Shown: positions 20,893 to 30,869, counted from the stretch's first letter. The stretch: 64,000 bases of DNA from Pseudomonadota bacterium (GCA_028873515.1 JAGWIG010000003.1:64092-128091), one strand, 5' to 3'. Translations and numbers: made by a program. The notes: generated by a model not told the origin, from the sequence alone.

Positions 20893-21417
20893 TTGAAAAT
20901 TGGCATGGATGGCTGGCTTGAAGGGGTTCACCGAATTGCTTCGCCAAATTTTGACGTTCGACCAGCGGGAGTCCCGGTTTCGCTGCTTGTCATTCATTGT
21001 ATCAGCCTTCCTCCTGGAGTTTTTGGAAGTAATGATATCCTGTCACTTTTTACCAATACGCTTGATTTAAGCGCACACCCGTTTTATGAGGGGCTTAAGG
21101 ATTTAAAAGTATCTGCCCATTTTTTAATTCGCCGTTTAGGCGAAATTATTCAGACTGTATCCTGCAATGACCGGGCCTGGCACGCCGGCCAGTCGTTCTG
21201 GCGTGGAACAAGCGGTTGTAATGATTTTTCTATCGGAATTGAACTGGAAGGTACCGATGAGAGTCCTTTTGAGGAATCACAATACGTAGGGCTTGAAAAT
21301 CTAGTTCGCGCAATCCGGGTTGTCTATCCTATTGAAGAAATAGTGGGACATAGTGATATTGCTCCTGGACGTAAAACCGATCCCGGTCCTTTTTTTGATT
21401 GGCATCGTATAAAATAA
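20893..21417 (+). CDS. ampD: 1,6-anhydro-N-acetylmuramyl-L-alanine amidase
   Basis: Colinear with E. coli AmpD (SPNFDVRP, LLVIHCISLPPG, AWHAG, NDFSIGIELEG, GHSDIAPGRKTDPGP). TTG 20893 lies 4 nt after AAGGAGG. The alternative start is ATG 20905. Confidence 0.85.
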   Translation: MKIGMDGWLEGVHRIASPNFDVRPAGVPVSLLVIHCISLPPGVFGSNDILSLFTNTLDLSAHPFYEGLKDLKVSAHFLIRRLGEIIQTVSCNDRAWHAGQSFWRGTSGCNDFSIGIELEGTDESPFEESQYVGLENLVRAIRVVYPIEEIVGHSDIAPGRKTDPGPFFDWHRIK

Positions 21418-21532
21418 ATAGGGGTTTTTTTCCGGTACCAGCCTTTTTCCTCTTTCCCGTTCCTGTACATACTTATCCGGCTGATTCAATAACGCATTAT
21501 TGGCAAGGCTTTTCAAAAGGTTAAAATATTGC

Positions 21533-21561
21533 TTGCACACCCCTGTTTGCGATACTAGAAT
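21533..21561 (+). promoter_or_regulatory. candidate nrdAB promoter (-35 TTGCAC, 17 bp, -10 TAGAAT)
   Basis: The hexamers and spacing were read from the sequence, ~100 bp upstream of nrdA. Confidence 0.45.
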
Positions 21562-21567
21562 TAGTTT
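21552..21567. promoter_or_regulatory. weak NrdR box (ATACTAGAATTAGTTT) overlapping the -10
   Basis: About 11/16 match to the NrdR palindrome as I recall it (acaCwAtATaTwGtgt). Its centre lies 31 bp from the strong box. Confidence 0.35.
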
Positions 21568-21582
21568 AAAGAATTAAATAAA

Positions 21583-21598
21583 ACACCATATATTGTGT
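21583..21598. promoter_or_regulatory. NrdR box (ACACCATATATTGTGT)
   Basis: A 15/16 match to the recalled NrdR consensus, upstream of nrdA. Confidence 0.65.
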
Positions 21599-21659
21599 AT
21601 TTCTGGTATTGGCAAACTATAAGTTCTCCATTCGGAAACTACCTTCTAAGGAGATTGCA

Positions 21660-24494
21660 ATGCAGACGGTTACTGCCGCTCCCGTTACTTCCGTTACCCA
21701 GTTTACTGCTGCTTCAATGGATGGTGACGACACCCATGCCTATGCGGATTACAAGTTAATAAGGCGTAATGGGAGCGTAGTCGGATTTGAGCCGGCAAAG
21801 ATATCCATTGCGCTTACGAAGGCTTTCCTTGCTGTTAATGGAGGGCACGGGGCTGCCTCTGCCCGGGTTAGGGAACTGGTCAGTCATTTGACTGCCAGTG
21901 TGGTTCAGGCCCTGTTGCGCCGCCAACCTGGAGGCGCTACTTTTCATATTGAAGATGTTCAGGATCAGGTTGAGCTAGCACTCATGCGTTCGGGTGAGCA
22001 TGATGTTGCCCGTGCTTATGTCCTGTACCGTGAGAATCGTGCCCGTGAGCGGGCTGCAAAAAAACCGGCACAGGAAGTAGAGCCTGCTTTTAGCACCATT
22101 GAAAATGGGGTCAGGGTTCCCCTGGATGTGGAAAGATTACGGGCTGTTGTTGCTGCTGCCTGTGAAGGGCTTGACGGAAGTGTCGAGCCAGAGCGTCTTA
22201 TCGAGTCGACTCTCAGAAACCTATATGATGGAGTACCTTATGAAGAAGTAGGTAAATCCGCTATTCTTTCAGCCCGGGCGATGATTGAGAAAGATCCGGC
22301 ATATAGTTTTGTTTCGGCACGACTGCTTCTGGACAGCATTCGTCGTGAGGTTCTGGGTGAGAAAACCTCACAGGCTGAAATGGCTACCAGGTATACAGAT
22401 TATTTTCCTGGCTATATTCGCCAGGGCGTAGATGCAGAACTGCTAGATGAGCGCTTCCTTCAATATGATTTGCCGCGGCTTGCCAAGGCACTTGATGCAA
22501 GCCGTGATCTGAAATTCCAGTATCTGGGTCTGCAAACTTTGTATGATCGTTATTTTCTGCATCTTAATGATCGTCGCTTGGAATTGCCCCAGAGTTTTTT
22601 TATGCGAGTAGCAATGGGCCTTGCTCTAAATGAAATCGATCGGGAAGCACGTGCGATTGAATTTTATGAGGTGCTGTCTTCGTTCGATTTTATGAGTTCG
22701 ACGCCGACCCTTTTCAATTCTGGAACACGGCATTCTCAACTCTCATCATGTTATCTGACAACAATATCGGATGATCTTGACAGCATATACGAAGGATTCA
22801 AGGAAAATGCCCTGCTTTCCAAGTATGCCGGGGGTCTGGGCAATGACTGGAGTAATGTACGTGCATTAGGTTCCCATATCAAAGGAACCAATGGCAAAAG
22901 CCAGGGGGTGGTACCCTTCCTTAAGGTGGCAAATGATACTGCTGTTGCAGTTAACCAGGGGGGGAAGCGTAAGGGTGCGGTTTGTGCGTATCTTGAGACT
23001 TGGCATCTTGATATTGAAGAATTTCTTGAAGCACGCAAGAACACGGGGGATGAGCGTCGACGGCTGCATGATATGAATATTGCAAACTGGATTCCTGATC
23101 TCTTCATGAAAAGGGTGATGGAGAATGGGGAATGGACACTTTTTAGTCCATCCAGTGTACCCGATTTACATGATCTGGTTGGTCGGGCTTTTGAGAAGGC
23201 CTTTGTTGCTTATGAAGCAAGGGCACAGAAGGGGGAAATCAGTCCATTCAAAAAAATCCCCGCAGTAGCCTTATGGCGCAAGATGCTTTCCATGTTATTT
23301 GAAACAGGCCATCCCTGGATAACATTCAAGGATCCGTGCAATATCAGAAGCCCTCAGGATCATGTCGGAGTGGTGCATTCTTCCAATCTGTGCACCGAGA
23401 TTACTCTTAACACCAATGACCATGAAATTGCTGTGTGCAATCTTGGCTCGGTAAATCTTCTGGCCCATCTCAGGAATGCTGAGCTGGATGTTGCCAGGCT
23501 GGAAAAAACTGTTCGTACAGCAATGCGTATGCTTGATAACGTTATCGACATCAATTTTTATCCAGTTGCAAAAGCACGTAACTCGAATTTGAGGCACCGG
23601 CCAGTAGGGCTTGGAGTCATGGGTTTTCAAGATTGCCTGTACGAGTTGAAGCTGCCTTATGCTTCTGAAGCAGCAGTCAGATTTGCTGATTCCTCCATGG
23701 AAGCAGTTTGTTATTATGCTTACCAGGCTTCATGTGAACTGGCTGCAGAACGGGGTACTTACTCTAGCTATTCCGGTTCGAAGTGGGATCGAGGCCTGCT
23801 TCCACAGGACACCCTTGCCCTGCTACGTGAGGAACGGGGCGGTTTTGTTGATGTGGATGAATCGTCATCATTTGGTTGGGATGTCTTACGTGCCAAGATC
23901 AAACTTCATGGCATGCGTAATTCAAATTGTGTGGCTATTGCTCCTACTGCAACAATAGCCAATATTGTGGGTGTTACCGCATCAATTGAACCGACTTATC
24001 AGAATCTTTACGTTAAATCGAACCTGTCAGGTGAGTTTACGGTCATTAATGAGTATCTTGTTAAGGATCTCAAGACTGCCGGAATCTGGGATGAGGTCAT
24101 GATTTCTGATATGAAATATTTTGATGGAAGCCTGGCTCGCATTGATCGCATTCCTCAAGAGGTGCGCCAACTGTACATGACTGCGTTTGAAGTTGGACCC
24201 AAGTGGATTATTGAGGCAGGGGCCAGACGACAAAAATGGATTGACCAAGCCCAGTCCCTCAACATATATATTGCCGAACCTTCTGGAAAATTATTGGACG
24301 AAACCTATAAGACTGCCTGGTTACGTGGCTTGAAAACCACCTATTATCTGCGCACACTGGGTGCAACGCATGCTGAAAAGTCGACAGTAAAAACGGGAAC
24401 CCTCAATGCTGTGCCTATAGATGGGCAGGGAAATGTTGAGGTTCTGCCTAAGGCCTGTGCAATTGATAATCCTGAATGTGAAGCCTGCCAGTAA
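21660..24494 (+). CDS. nrdA: ribonucleoside-diphosphate reductase class Ia, alpha subunit
   Basis: An ATP-cone (LIRRNGSVVGFEPAKI), the active site NLCTEI and a C-terminal CxxC-type tail (CEAC). ATG 21660 follows AAGGAG. Confidence 0.95.
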   Translation: MQTVTAAPVTSVTQFTAASMDGDDTHAYADYKLIRRNGSVVGFEPAKISIALTKAFLAVNGGHGAASARVRELVSHLTASVVQALLRRQPGGATFHIEDVQDQVELALMRSGEHDVARAYVLYRENRARERAAKKPAQEVEPAFSTIENGVRVPLDVERLRAVVAAACEGLDGSVEPERLIESTLRNLYDGVPYEEVGKSAILSARAMIEKDPAYSFVSARLLLDSIRREVLGEKTSQAEMATRYTDYFPGYIRQGVDAELLDERFLQYDLPRLAKALDASRDLKFQYLGLQTLYDRYFLHLNDRRLELPQSFFMRVAMGLALNEIDREARAIEFYEVLSSFDFMSSTPTLFNSGTRHSQLSSCYLTTISDDLDSIYEGFKENALLSKYAGGLGNDWSNVRALGSHIKGTNGKSQGVVPFLKVANDTAVAVNQGGKRKGAVCAYLETWHLDIEEFLEARKNTGDERRRLHDMNIANWIPDLFMKRVMENGEWTLFSPSSVPDLHDLVGRAFEKAFVAYEARAQKGEISPFKKIPAVALWRKMLSMLFETGHPWITFKDPCNIRSPQDHVGVVHSSNLCTEITLNTNDHEIAVCNLGSVNLLAHLRNAELDVARLEKTVRTAMRMLDNVIDINFYPVAKARNSNLRHRPVGLGVMGFQDCLYELKLPYASEAAVRFADSSMEAVCYYAYQASCELAAERGTYSSYSGSKWDRGLLPQDTLALLREERGGFVDVDESSSFGWDVLRAKIKLHGMRNSNCVAIAPTATIANIVGVTASIEPTYQNLYVKSNLSGEFTVINEYLVKDLKTAGIWDEVMISDMKYFDGSLARIDRIPQEVRQLYMTAFEVGPKWIIEAGARRQKWIDQAQSLNIYIAEPSGKLLDETYKTAWLRGLKTTYYLRTLGATHAEKSTVKTGTLNAVPIDGQGNVEVLPKACAIDNPECEACQ

Positions 24495-24542
24495 TGGCAG
24501 TAATACCTTATGCAATATATGTAGTTGAAGGAGATCGATATA

Positions 24543-25655
24543 ATGCTTTCTTTTGAAGATGATATAAAAAAAATTCCTGCTATCCAGTCAATGCCAGTAA
24601 TTCCTGTTGTCGATGACTATGGCACTGATGTCAAGACGGCGCGTGTACGTGTGGAGGATAAGAGGGTCATTAACGGGAAGGCTGACGTTAATCAACTGGT
24701 GCCCTTCAAATATAAATGGGCCTGGCAGAAATATCTTGATACTTGCGCGAATCATTGGATGCCGCAGGAAGTAAACATGAGTCGTGATATTGCCTTGTGG
24801 AAGGATCCTAATAGTTTGAGTGAGGATGAACGGAGGCTGGTGAAGCGTAATCTGGGGTTTTTTGTGACGGCAGATTCTTTGGCGGCCAATAATATTGTTT
24901 TGGGAACCTATCGACATATTACAGCACCAGAGTGCCGCCAGTTTCTTTTGCGGCAAGGATTTGAGGAAGCGATCCATACGCATGCCTATCAATATATTGT
25001 GGAGTCGTTAGGACTGGATGAAGGTGAGATATTCAATGCTTACCATGAAATTGCCTCGATTCGGGATAAAGATGCTTTTTTGCTGGAATATATTGATACG
25101 CTGTCAGATCCGGAGTTTCATACAGGAACACTCGAGAATGATCAAAAACTTCTCAAGGCATTGATTGTTTTTGCCTGTGTAATGGAAGGATTGTTTTTCT
25201 ATGTTGGTTTTGTCCAGATTCTGGCGTTGGGGCGGCAGAACAAGATGACTGGAGCGGCGGAACAATATCAATACATCCTGCGTGATGAATCAATGCATTG
25301 CAATTTCGGTATTGACCTTATTAATACGATAAAAATTGAGAACCCACATCTCTGGACGGAAGTTTTTAGACAGGAAGTGCGTGATTTGATGAAAAAGGCG
25401 GTTGATCTGGAGTATGCGTATGCAGAAGATACCATGCCGCGAGGAATTTTGGGATTGAATGCTCCCATGTTTAAGGAGTATTTACGTTATGTATCCAACC
25501 GGCGCATGCAGCAGATTGGATTGGATCCTTTATTTCCGGGTGCAGAGAATCCGTTTCCGTGGATGGCGGAAATGATTGATATTAAAAAGGAGAAAAACTT
25601 TTTTGAAACGAGAGTAACTGAATATCAATCTGGAGGAGCCCTATCTTGGGATTGA
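24543..25655 (+). CDS. nrdB: ribonucleoside-diphosphate reductase class Ia, beta subunit
   Basis: Di-iron/tyrosyl ligand pattern ([25 protein letters not shown]). ATG 24543 follows GAAGGAG. Confidence 0.95.
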   Translation: MLSFEDDIKKIPAIQSMPVIPVVDDYGTDVKTARVRVEDKRVINGKADVNQLVPFKYKWAWQKYLDTCANHWMPQEVNMSRDIALWKDPNSLSEDERRLVKRNLGFFVTADSLAANNIVLGTYRHITAPECRQFLLRQGFEEAIHTHAYQYIVESLGLDEGEIFNAYHEIASIRDKDAFLLEYIDTLSDPEFHTGTLENDQKLLKALIVFACVMEGLFFYVGFVQILALGRQNKMTGAAEQYQYILRDESMHCNFGIDLINTIKIENPHLWTEVFRQEVRDLMKKAVDLEYAYAEDTMPRGILGLNAPMFKEYLRYVSNRRMQQIGLDPLFPGAENPFPWMAEMIDIKKEKNFFETRVTEYQSGGALSWD

Positions 25656-25739
25656 TAGATTGAAACTAAACAGTATCTAAATAACAAAAAAGTGCTGAAA
25701 GCAAATAATGGCCAACTCGTTTTTAATGACATGAAGGTT

Positions 25740-26310
25740 TCAGTGTGGGACATCAAAATTGATGCCCTTCAGTGTCTGAAAAGGGATTAAGTATGGGGGA
25801 ATTTTTAGTCTGGATGGATCGTTGATTTCATGTGTCGTAGACAGGAAATTCTGTTCTACCTTGGCCGAGGGGGCATAGCTTGGGTAAATCAGGGCTACAT
25901 CATTATCATCTGGTTTGTTAATGCCAGATTTAGAAAAAACAATCTCGTTAACGTGCCTGCCATTTTCAATTCGGGCTGTTAAATTTTCAGAGGCGCAAGG
26001 ATAGCCCAATTATCAGAGTGTGGCTGAGGGGTGGACAATTCAAGGTATTTTTCAGCCTGACCAAACCCTGATAGCTGCTGTCTTATCCCATGAAAAAAGT
26101 GAATAATGCTTTTTAAAACTATACTTTTTGTACAGCTGTTTCTTTATCGCAAATTAATCCCACCTTAGCCTGGTTATGGAAGTAGTCAAATGGCGGTTTA
26201 TGGTATTTCTGTACAAACAGGTTATCGATGGTCAGACTGGTTCGTTTACTGTGTGGTGTAAGGTTTACTTGGGTTTTTCTCTGAAAGGTACAGTAGTACT
26301 GCGTAAATTT
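25740..26310 (-). pseudogene. possible frameshift-decayed gene (three abutting stop-free fragments in three frames)
   Basis: On the minus strand there are three stop-free runs: 26310-26122 (63 codons), 26143-25982 (54 codons) and 26009-25743 (89 codons). Adjacent runs overlap by 22 and 28 nt in different frames. No family was recognised. Confidence 0.3.
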
Positions 26311-26582
26311 TTAAGTTTGAGTTAGGGTTTGCGGTTATAAAGCTTACGCAGGAGTTTTCATTCTTGCAAAATGGTTTCAGGCCGATGTCTATAGATCCGA
26401 ATTTATGGTGAACAGTCGAATAACGTAAAGAGGCACAGCTTGAATCCGATATGGAGGGTTTGGTTAGCGTTGAACATTTCCTGAAAATACTCTTGGGCTG
26501 TCAGGTATGCCGGAGCGGCAATCTTCTTTTTTTTTAGGTGGGATGAAGTCAGAATCTGATTTGTGGAGTCATCGGGGGCTAG

Positions 26583-27812
26583 GTGCTTAATTATATCTGG
26601 GCTGGGTTTTTTCTGATTGCTCTCGTTTATTCCTTGGCTGAATGGCTGATATTTAGGCATGCCGGTATATTTGAAACCATGGTGCATGCCCTTTTTTCCA
26701 ATGCCGAACTGGGTTTTCACATTGCACTGGGTTTAACCGGAACTATGGCTCTCTGGCTTGGTTTCATGCGTATTGGTGAACGTGCCGGGATTATTGACTT
26801 CATGACACGCTGCATCAAGCCTTTTTTTTCCCGCATTTTTCCACAGGTGCCAGAAGAACATCCGGCAGTGGGCTCCATGTGCCTGAACATGGCTGCCAAT
26901 TTGTTCGGACTTGATAATGCGGCGACTCCTATGGGTTTGCGGGCCATGCGCGAACTTCAGGACCTTAACTCCAGCAAGGAAGAGGCAAGCAATGCCCAGA
27001 TTCTTTTCATCGTACTGAATGCGTCGGCTGTTACGTTATTTCCAATTTCAATTTTTGCCTACAGGGCCCAGATGGGTGCCCAGGACCCGGCAGATGTATT
27101 TGTGCCTATTCTCATCAGCACTTATTTTAGTGCACTGACAGGGCTTGTTTCGGTTTCGGTTGTGCAACGTTTACCCTTTTTCAACCGGGTAGTATTAGGC
27201 TGGATCGGAGGACTGACGGTTTTTGTTCTGCTGGTTGCAGCTTATTTTAGCGAACTGCCTCCTGGATCACTGGTATATCAGTCTTCATTGCTTAGCAACT
27301 TCATGCTGCTGGGTCTGGTCGGCCTGTTTCTTTCTTTTGGCCTGATTAAACGAATCAATGTGTTTGATGTTTTTATTGAGGGTGCCAAAGAAGGCTTCCA
27401 GATAACAGTTGTGCTGATCCCGTATCTTGTCGCCATGCTGGTTGCTGTTGGAATACTGCAGTCAAGCGGTTTGCTGGATGCGGTCTTGACTATCATACGT
27501 CACGCAGTTGCCTTGACGGGTCTGGATACCCGCTTTGTTGATGCCCTGCCAACTGCATTGATGAAACCTCTGTCAGGAAGTGGTGCACGTGCCTTGATGA
27601 TTGAGGCAATGCACCGTTATGGTCCGGACTCTCTTGTTGGGAGAATGGTCTGTATAATTCAGGGAAGCACGGAAACCACATTCTATGTGATTGCCGTCTA
27701 CTTTGGATCAGTCGGTATCCGGCATACGCGACATGCTATATCGTGTGCCCTGCTTGCAGAATTTGCCGGGGTGGTCTCAGCAATTCTTGTGAGCTACTGG
27801 TTCTATGGCTGA
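26583..27812 (+). CDS. nucleoside-recognition (GATE) domain membrane protein, SpmA/SpmB-like fusion
   Basis: A 409-aa polytopic protein with a GTG start. The N-terminus LNYIWAGFFLIAL... and the LFGLDNAATPMG motif are typical of SpmA/SpmB-type proteins as I recall them. Confidence 0.7.
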   Translation: MLNYIWAGFFLIALVYSLAEWLIFRHAGIFETMVHALFSNAELGFHIALGLTGTMALWLGFMRIGERAGIIDFMTRCIKPFFSRIFPQVPEEHPAVGSMCLNMAANLFGLDNAATPMGLRAMRELQDLNSSKEEASNAQILFIVLNASAVTLFPISIFAYRAQMGAQDPADVFVPILISTYFSALTGLVSVSVVQRLPFFNRVVLGWIGGLTVFVLLVAAYFSELPPGSLVYQSSLLSNFMLLGLVGLFLSFGLIKRINVFDVFIEGAKEGFQITVVLIPYLVAMLVAVGILQSSGLLDAVLTIIRHAVALTGLDTRFVDALPTALMKPLSGSGARALMIEAMHRYGPDSLVGRMVCIIQGSTETTFYVIAVYFGSVGIRHTRHAISCALLAEFAGVVSAILVSYWFYG

Positions 27813-27847
27813 TTCTGTGCCTGCCCGCCTTGTAAAGCGGGAGGTAC

Positions 27848-29026
27848 TCAGGAATAAGCTGCAGCAGCAGCCTCTACAGCGAGTCCTTTCAGTATGGGAG
27901 CTTTCATGCTTCCAAGAATCTCATCAAGTGCGGTCAGGACAAACAGGACATTTTTTTCGTTACTGCTGTAGCCCATTAGACCTATACGCCATATTTTCCC
28001 TGATAAATCACCTAGCCCTGCACCAATTTCAATACTGTATTCATTTAGCAGACGTTGGCGAACCATGGCTTCGTCTATGCCTTCAGGAACGATGATTGCA
28101 TTCAACTGGGGCAGGCGGTAGGGCTCCTCAACCAGAAATCTTAAATTCATGGCTTCAAGTCCGGCCTTGAGTGCCAGGTGATGTTGTCTGTGGCGAGCCC
28201 ACGAGTTTTCCAGACCTTCTTGATGGAGCATGACCAAGGCTTCATGGAGTCCATAAAGATTGTTGATAGGGGCCGTGTGGTGATAGCTCCGCCGTTTGCC
28301 TCCATGCCAGTATGCGGTTACAAGGTTTACATCCAGAAACCAGCTTGGAACTTTGCTGCGACGTTTGCTGATGCGCTCCATTGCCAAATTGTTCATGCTT
28401 AGCGGGGATAGCCCGGCAGCACTTGACAGGCATTTTTGTGAGCCTGAGTAAATTGCATCAATTTCCCATTCATCCACACGAAGTTCGGAGCCTCCGGCAG
28501 AGGTTACGGCATCAACAATGGTCAGGGCTCCAAATTCATGGGCGATTTCAATCAGTGTGCGGGCATCTGAAAGCGCACCTGTAGAGGTTTCAGCATGAAC
28601 AAATGCAACCAGCTGCGTATCTGGGTTGGCTTTGAGAGTTTCATTGAGCTTGTTTGGATCGATGGGTCTGCCCCAGTCATCCTTGACCATGATGGCCGTT
28701 CCACCGACGCGCTCGACATTCTCTCGCATGCGCCCGGCGAATACCCCATTGTCACATATGATTACCTTGTTTCCGGGTTCAACAAGATTGGTGAAACACG
28801 CTTCCATTCCCGCTGAGCCTGGGGCCGACACAGCCATTGTCATGCCATTTTCGGTCATGAAGGCATATTGAAGCAGCGTTTTTAGCTCATCCATCATCTG
28901 CACGAAAGCAGGATCAAGATGGCCAATAGTTGGCCTTGACATGGCGGCAAGGACACGTGGATGAACTTCTGCAGGTCCAGGACCAAGCAGAGTGCGAACC
29001 GGTGGTTGAAAGGATTGAATTGGCAT
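27848..29026 (-). CDS. class V aminotransferase (serine--glyoxylate / alanine--glyoxylate type)
   Basis: LLGPGPAEVHPRV N-terminus, PLP-lysine motif YSGSQKCL, 392 aa. Confidence 0.85.
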   Translation of the reverse strand: MPIQSFQPPVRTLLGPGPAEVHPRVLAAMSRPTIGHLDPAFVQMMDELKTLLQYAFMTENGMTMAVSAPGSAGMEACFTNLVEPGNKVIICDNGVFAGRMRENVERVGGTAIMVKDDWGRPIDPNKLNETLKANPDTQLVAFVHAETSTGALSDARTLIEIAHEFGALTIVDAVTSAGGSELRVDEWEIDAIYSGSQKCLSSAAGLSPLSMNNLAMERISKRRSKVPSWFLDVNLVTAYWHGGKRRSYHHTAPINNLYGLHEALVMLHQEGLENSWARHRQHHLALKAGLEAMNLRFLVEEPYRLPQLNAIIVPEGIDEAMVRQRLLNEYSIEIGAGLGDLSGKIWRIGLMGYSSNEKNVLFVLTALDEILGSMKAPILKGLAVEAAAAAYS

Positions 29027-29139
29027 CTTGTTCTGAGAAAAAATAAAGTTGGGAGAAACTAAAACTGGTTCAGAAGCTCATGCATTATAGAGCCCATCTT
29101 TTCCCCCCGCAATAGGTTTGGAATCCTGTTTGCCGGAAT

Positions 29140-29976
29140 TCATTTACCCGTCGCTTTCCTTGCCGTATCAAGATCCTTACAGAGCGTTTCAATCCCATGG
29201 ATAATGCTCGGTGTTGCCTGGGTAAAATCATTTGCATTCAGAACGAAAATTTTTCCTTGACGGGCTGCTTCAGGCAGCTGCCTGTTCAGCCAAACCAATT
29301 TGCTTTGTGATGAAAAGGTGACAATAACATCAGGATCCATGTCAATCAGGGATTCAAGGGATACCTGAGGAGTAGAAAGTCGACTGTTCCCGTAAATATT
29401 GTGCCCATTGCAGACTTCGAGAGCTTCACTCATGAAGCTTGCACCATTTACAGTCATGAGCGGGTCATCCCAGATATCAATAAATACCGTAACTGGTTTC
29501 CGTGTTGCCTGCATTTTACGTAGCCTGTTCAAATGGCTTTCGAATTGTTCCGCGGCCTTGTTGGCGGTGACTTCTGTACCAGCAAGTTTGCCAATTTCTC
29601 TTATGGCTGGTCCGATATCCTCTAGTTTTTGTGTATGGATGCTGACGATATTCAGTCCAAGTTTTTTAAGTCTCTTTATGGTGTTTGTGGGAGTTCCGCC
29701 AGACCAAGCGAGAATCAGATCCGGCCTTAGTGCCAGAATTCTTTCTGCATCGATGTGCTCACTGTCTCCTATGATTCGGGCCGTATTGTTTTGAGGTAGT
29801 TCAGACCAGGCACTAACTCCAACCAGACGGTTTCCTGCGCCGGCGACCAATACCAGTCGGGCAAGGTTGGGTGCGAGAGTGATTATCCGTTTGGCAGGCA
29901 AATCATGGGCATCAGCAACTTTTCCCATGGTCAGGCATATAAGCAGAAGGATTAAAAGGTCATAACGCATCATCAT
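29140..29976 (-). CDS. periplasmic cobalamin/siderophore-type ABC substrate-binding protein (BtuF-like)
   Basis: A signal peptide (MMMRYDLLILLLICL), then RIITLAPNLARL and LRPDLILAW, in a cluster A-2 binding-protein layout. Confidence 0.7.
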   Translation of the reverse strand: MMMRYDLLILLLICLTMGKVADAHDLPAKRIITLAPNLARLVLVAGAGNRLVGVSAWSELPQNNTARIIGDSEHIDAERILALRPDLILAWSGGTPTNTIKRLKKLGLNIVSIHTQKLEDIGPAIREIGKLAGTEVTANKAAEQFESHLNRLRKMQATRKPVTVFIDIWDDPLMTVNGASFMSEALEVCNGHNIYGNSRLSTPQVSLESLIDMDPDVIVTFSSQSKLVWLNRQLPEAARQGKIFVLNANDFTQATPSIIHGIETLCKDLDTARKATGK

Positions 29977-30045
29977 GTTTCTCAGTCAATTTGGTAGAGC
30001 GTATGGTATGATCATCCAGATGTAAATAGGTTACCAGGAGCCCTC

Positions 30046-30288
30046 ATGAAGGTATGGATGAAAAGCTTTCGTCCTGTTGGTACGACCCGCCGGGTATACA
30101 GAGACGCTGACAGGTTTGTTTATCTCGATGATGAAGCTGACTGGCGATATTTTCTTGAGTTCATGACTGCAAGTGATCGCATTGGTCGATATCGGATGTA
30201 TGATCGGAATGGTCTCATGATCGCCGAAAATTTAACGGTTGTTGATATTAAAAAGAAAATCCAGCACCTGGCTACTGCTGTTTTCTAG
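30046..30288 (+). CDS. hypothetical protein, 80 aa
   Basis: The ATG is preceded by AGGAG at a 5-nt spacing. No motif was recognised. It is convergent with the adenosyltransferase, 1 nt apart. Confidence 0.45.
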   Translation: MKVWMKSFRPVGTTRRVYRDADRFVYLDDEADWRYFLEFMTASDRIGRYRMYDRNGLMIAENLTVVDIKKKIQHLATAVF

Positions 30289-30289
30289 G

Positions 30290-30844
30290 TTAATGATCTT
30301 CAGGTAGCCAGGGGGTTTCACTGATACCTTGCTCCTGATTGATGCTTCTGGCTACAACAAACAGGTAGTCTGAAAGCCGGTTCAGGTAAATTAGATTTTT
30401 AGGCTCAACAGGGGAGCTATGGTTTAGATGCCACAGGCTGATTTCCGCTCTGCGGCAGATTCCCCGCGCAAGATGTGCCGCAGACCCTCCAGAAGTGCCG
30501 CCAGGAAGGATAAAAGACCGAAGTGGGGTGAGGTTGCTATCGAGCAGATCAATGGCGGTTTCAAGCCGTTTAATATCGGGAGAAGGCCGCTTTGCAAGAC
30601 TCAGGCTTGCGCCAAGTTCGAAAAGTTCCTTCTGGATTTCAAGAAGCGTTTTTTTGATGGTGTCTGGTAGCGGCTGTGCCAGTATGCATCCAATGGCGCA
30701 GTTTAATTCATCTACGGCCCCCAGGGCAATGATCCGTTCGTTATCTTTTTCTACCCTGGTGCCATTGGCAAGTCCTGTTGTGCCTTTATCGCCGGTTTTG
30801 GTGTATATTTTTGATCGTCTGTTCATTTCGGTCGTTTTCCTCAT
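30290..30844 (-). CDS. ATP:cob(I)alamin adenosyltransferase, PduO type
   Basis: The KIYTKTGDKGTTGL N-terminal motif and a helical-bundle remainder. The start is ambiguous (30844 or 30826). Confidence 0.88.
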   Translation of the reverse strand: MRKTTEMNRRSKIYTKTGDKGTTGLANGTRVEKDNERIIALGAVDELNCAIGCILAQPLPDTIKKTLLEIQKELFELGASLSLAKRPSPDIKRLETAIDLLDSNLTPLRSFILPGGTSGGSAAHLARGICRRAEISLWHLNHSSPVEPKNLIYLNRLSDYLFVVARSINQEQGISETPWLPEDH

Positions 30845-30845
30845 A

Positions 30846-30869
30846 TTCTGTATTCATTTCTGTATTCAT
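30846..30869. repeat. perfect 12-bp tandem duplication (TTCTGTATTCAT x2)
   Basis: Read directly from the sequence. It abuts the 30844 start codon of the adenosyltransferase. Confidence 0.9.

Noticed and set aside
26403-26720. A 105-aa minus-strand ORF overlapping the 5' end of the GATE-domain membrane protein gene.
   Set aside because: It overlaps a well-supported plus-strand gene by 138 nt and has no SD. Only its 3' third lies in the spacer, where it may be one more fragment of the decayed region.
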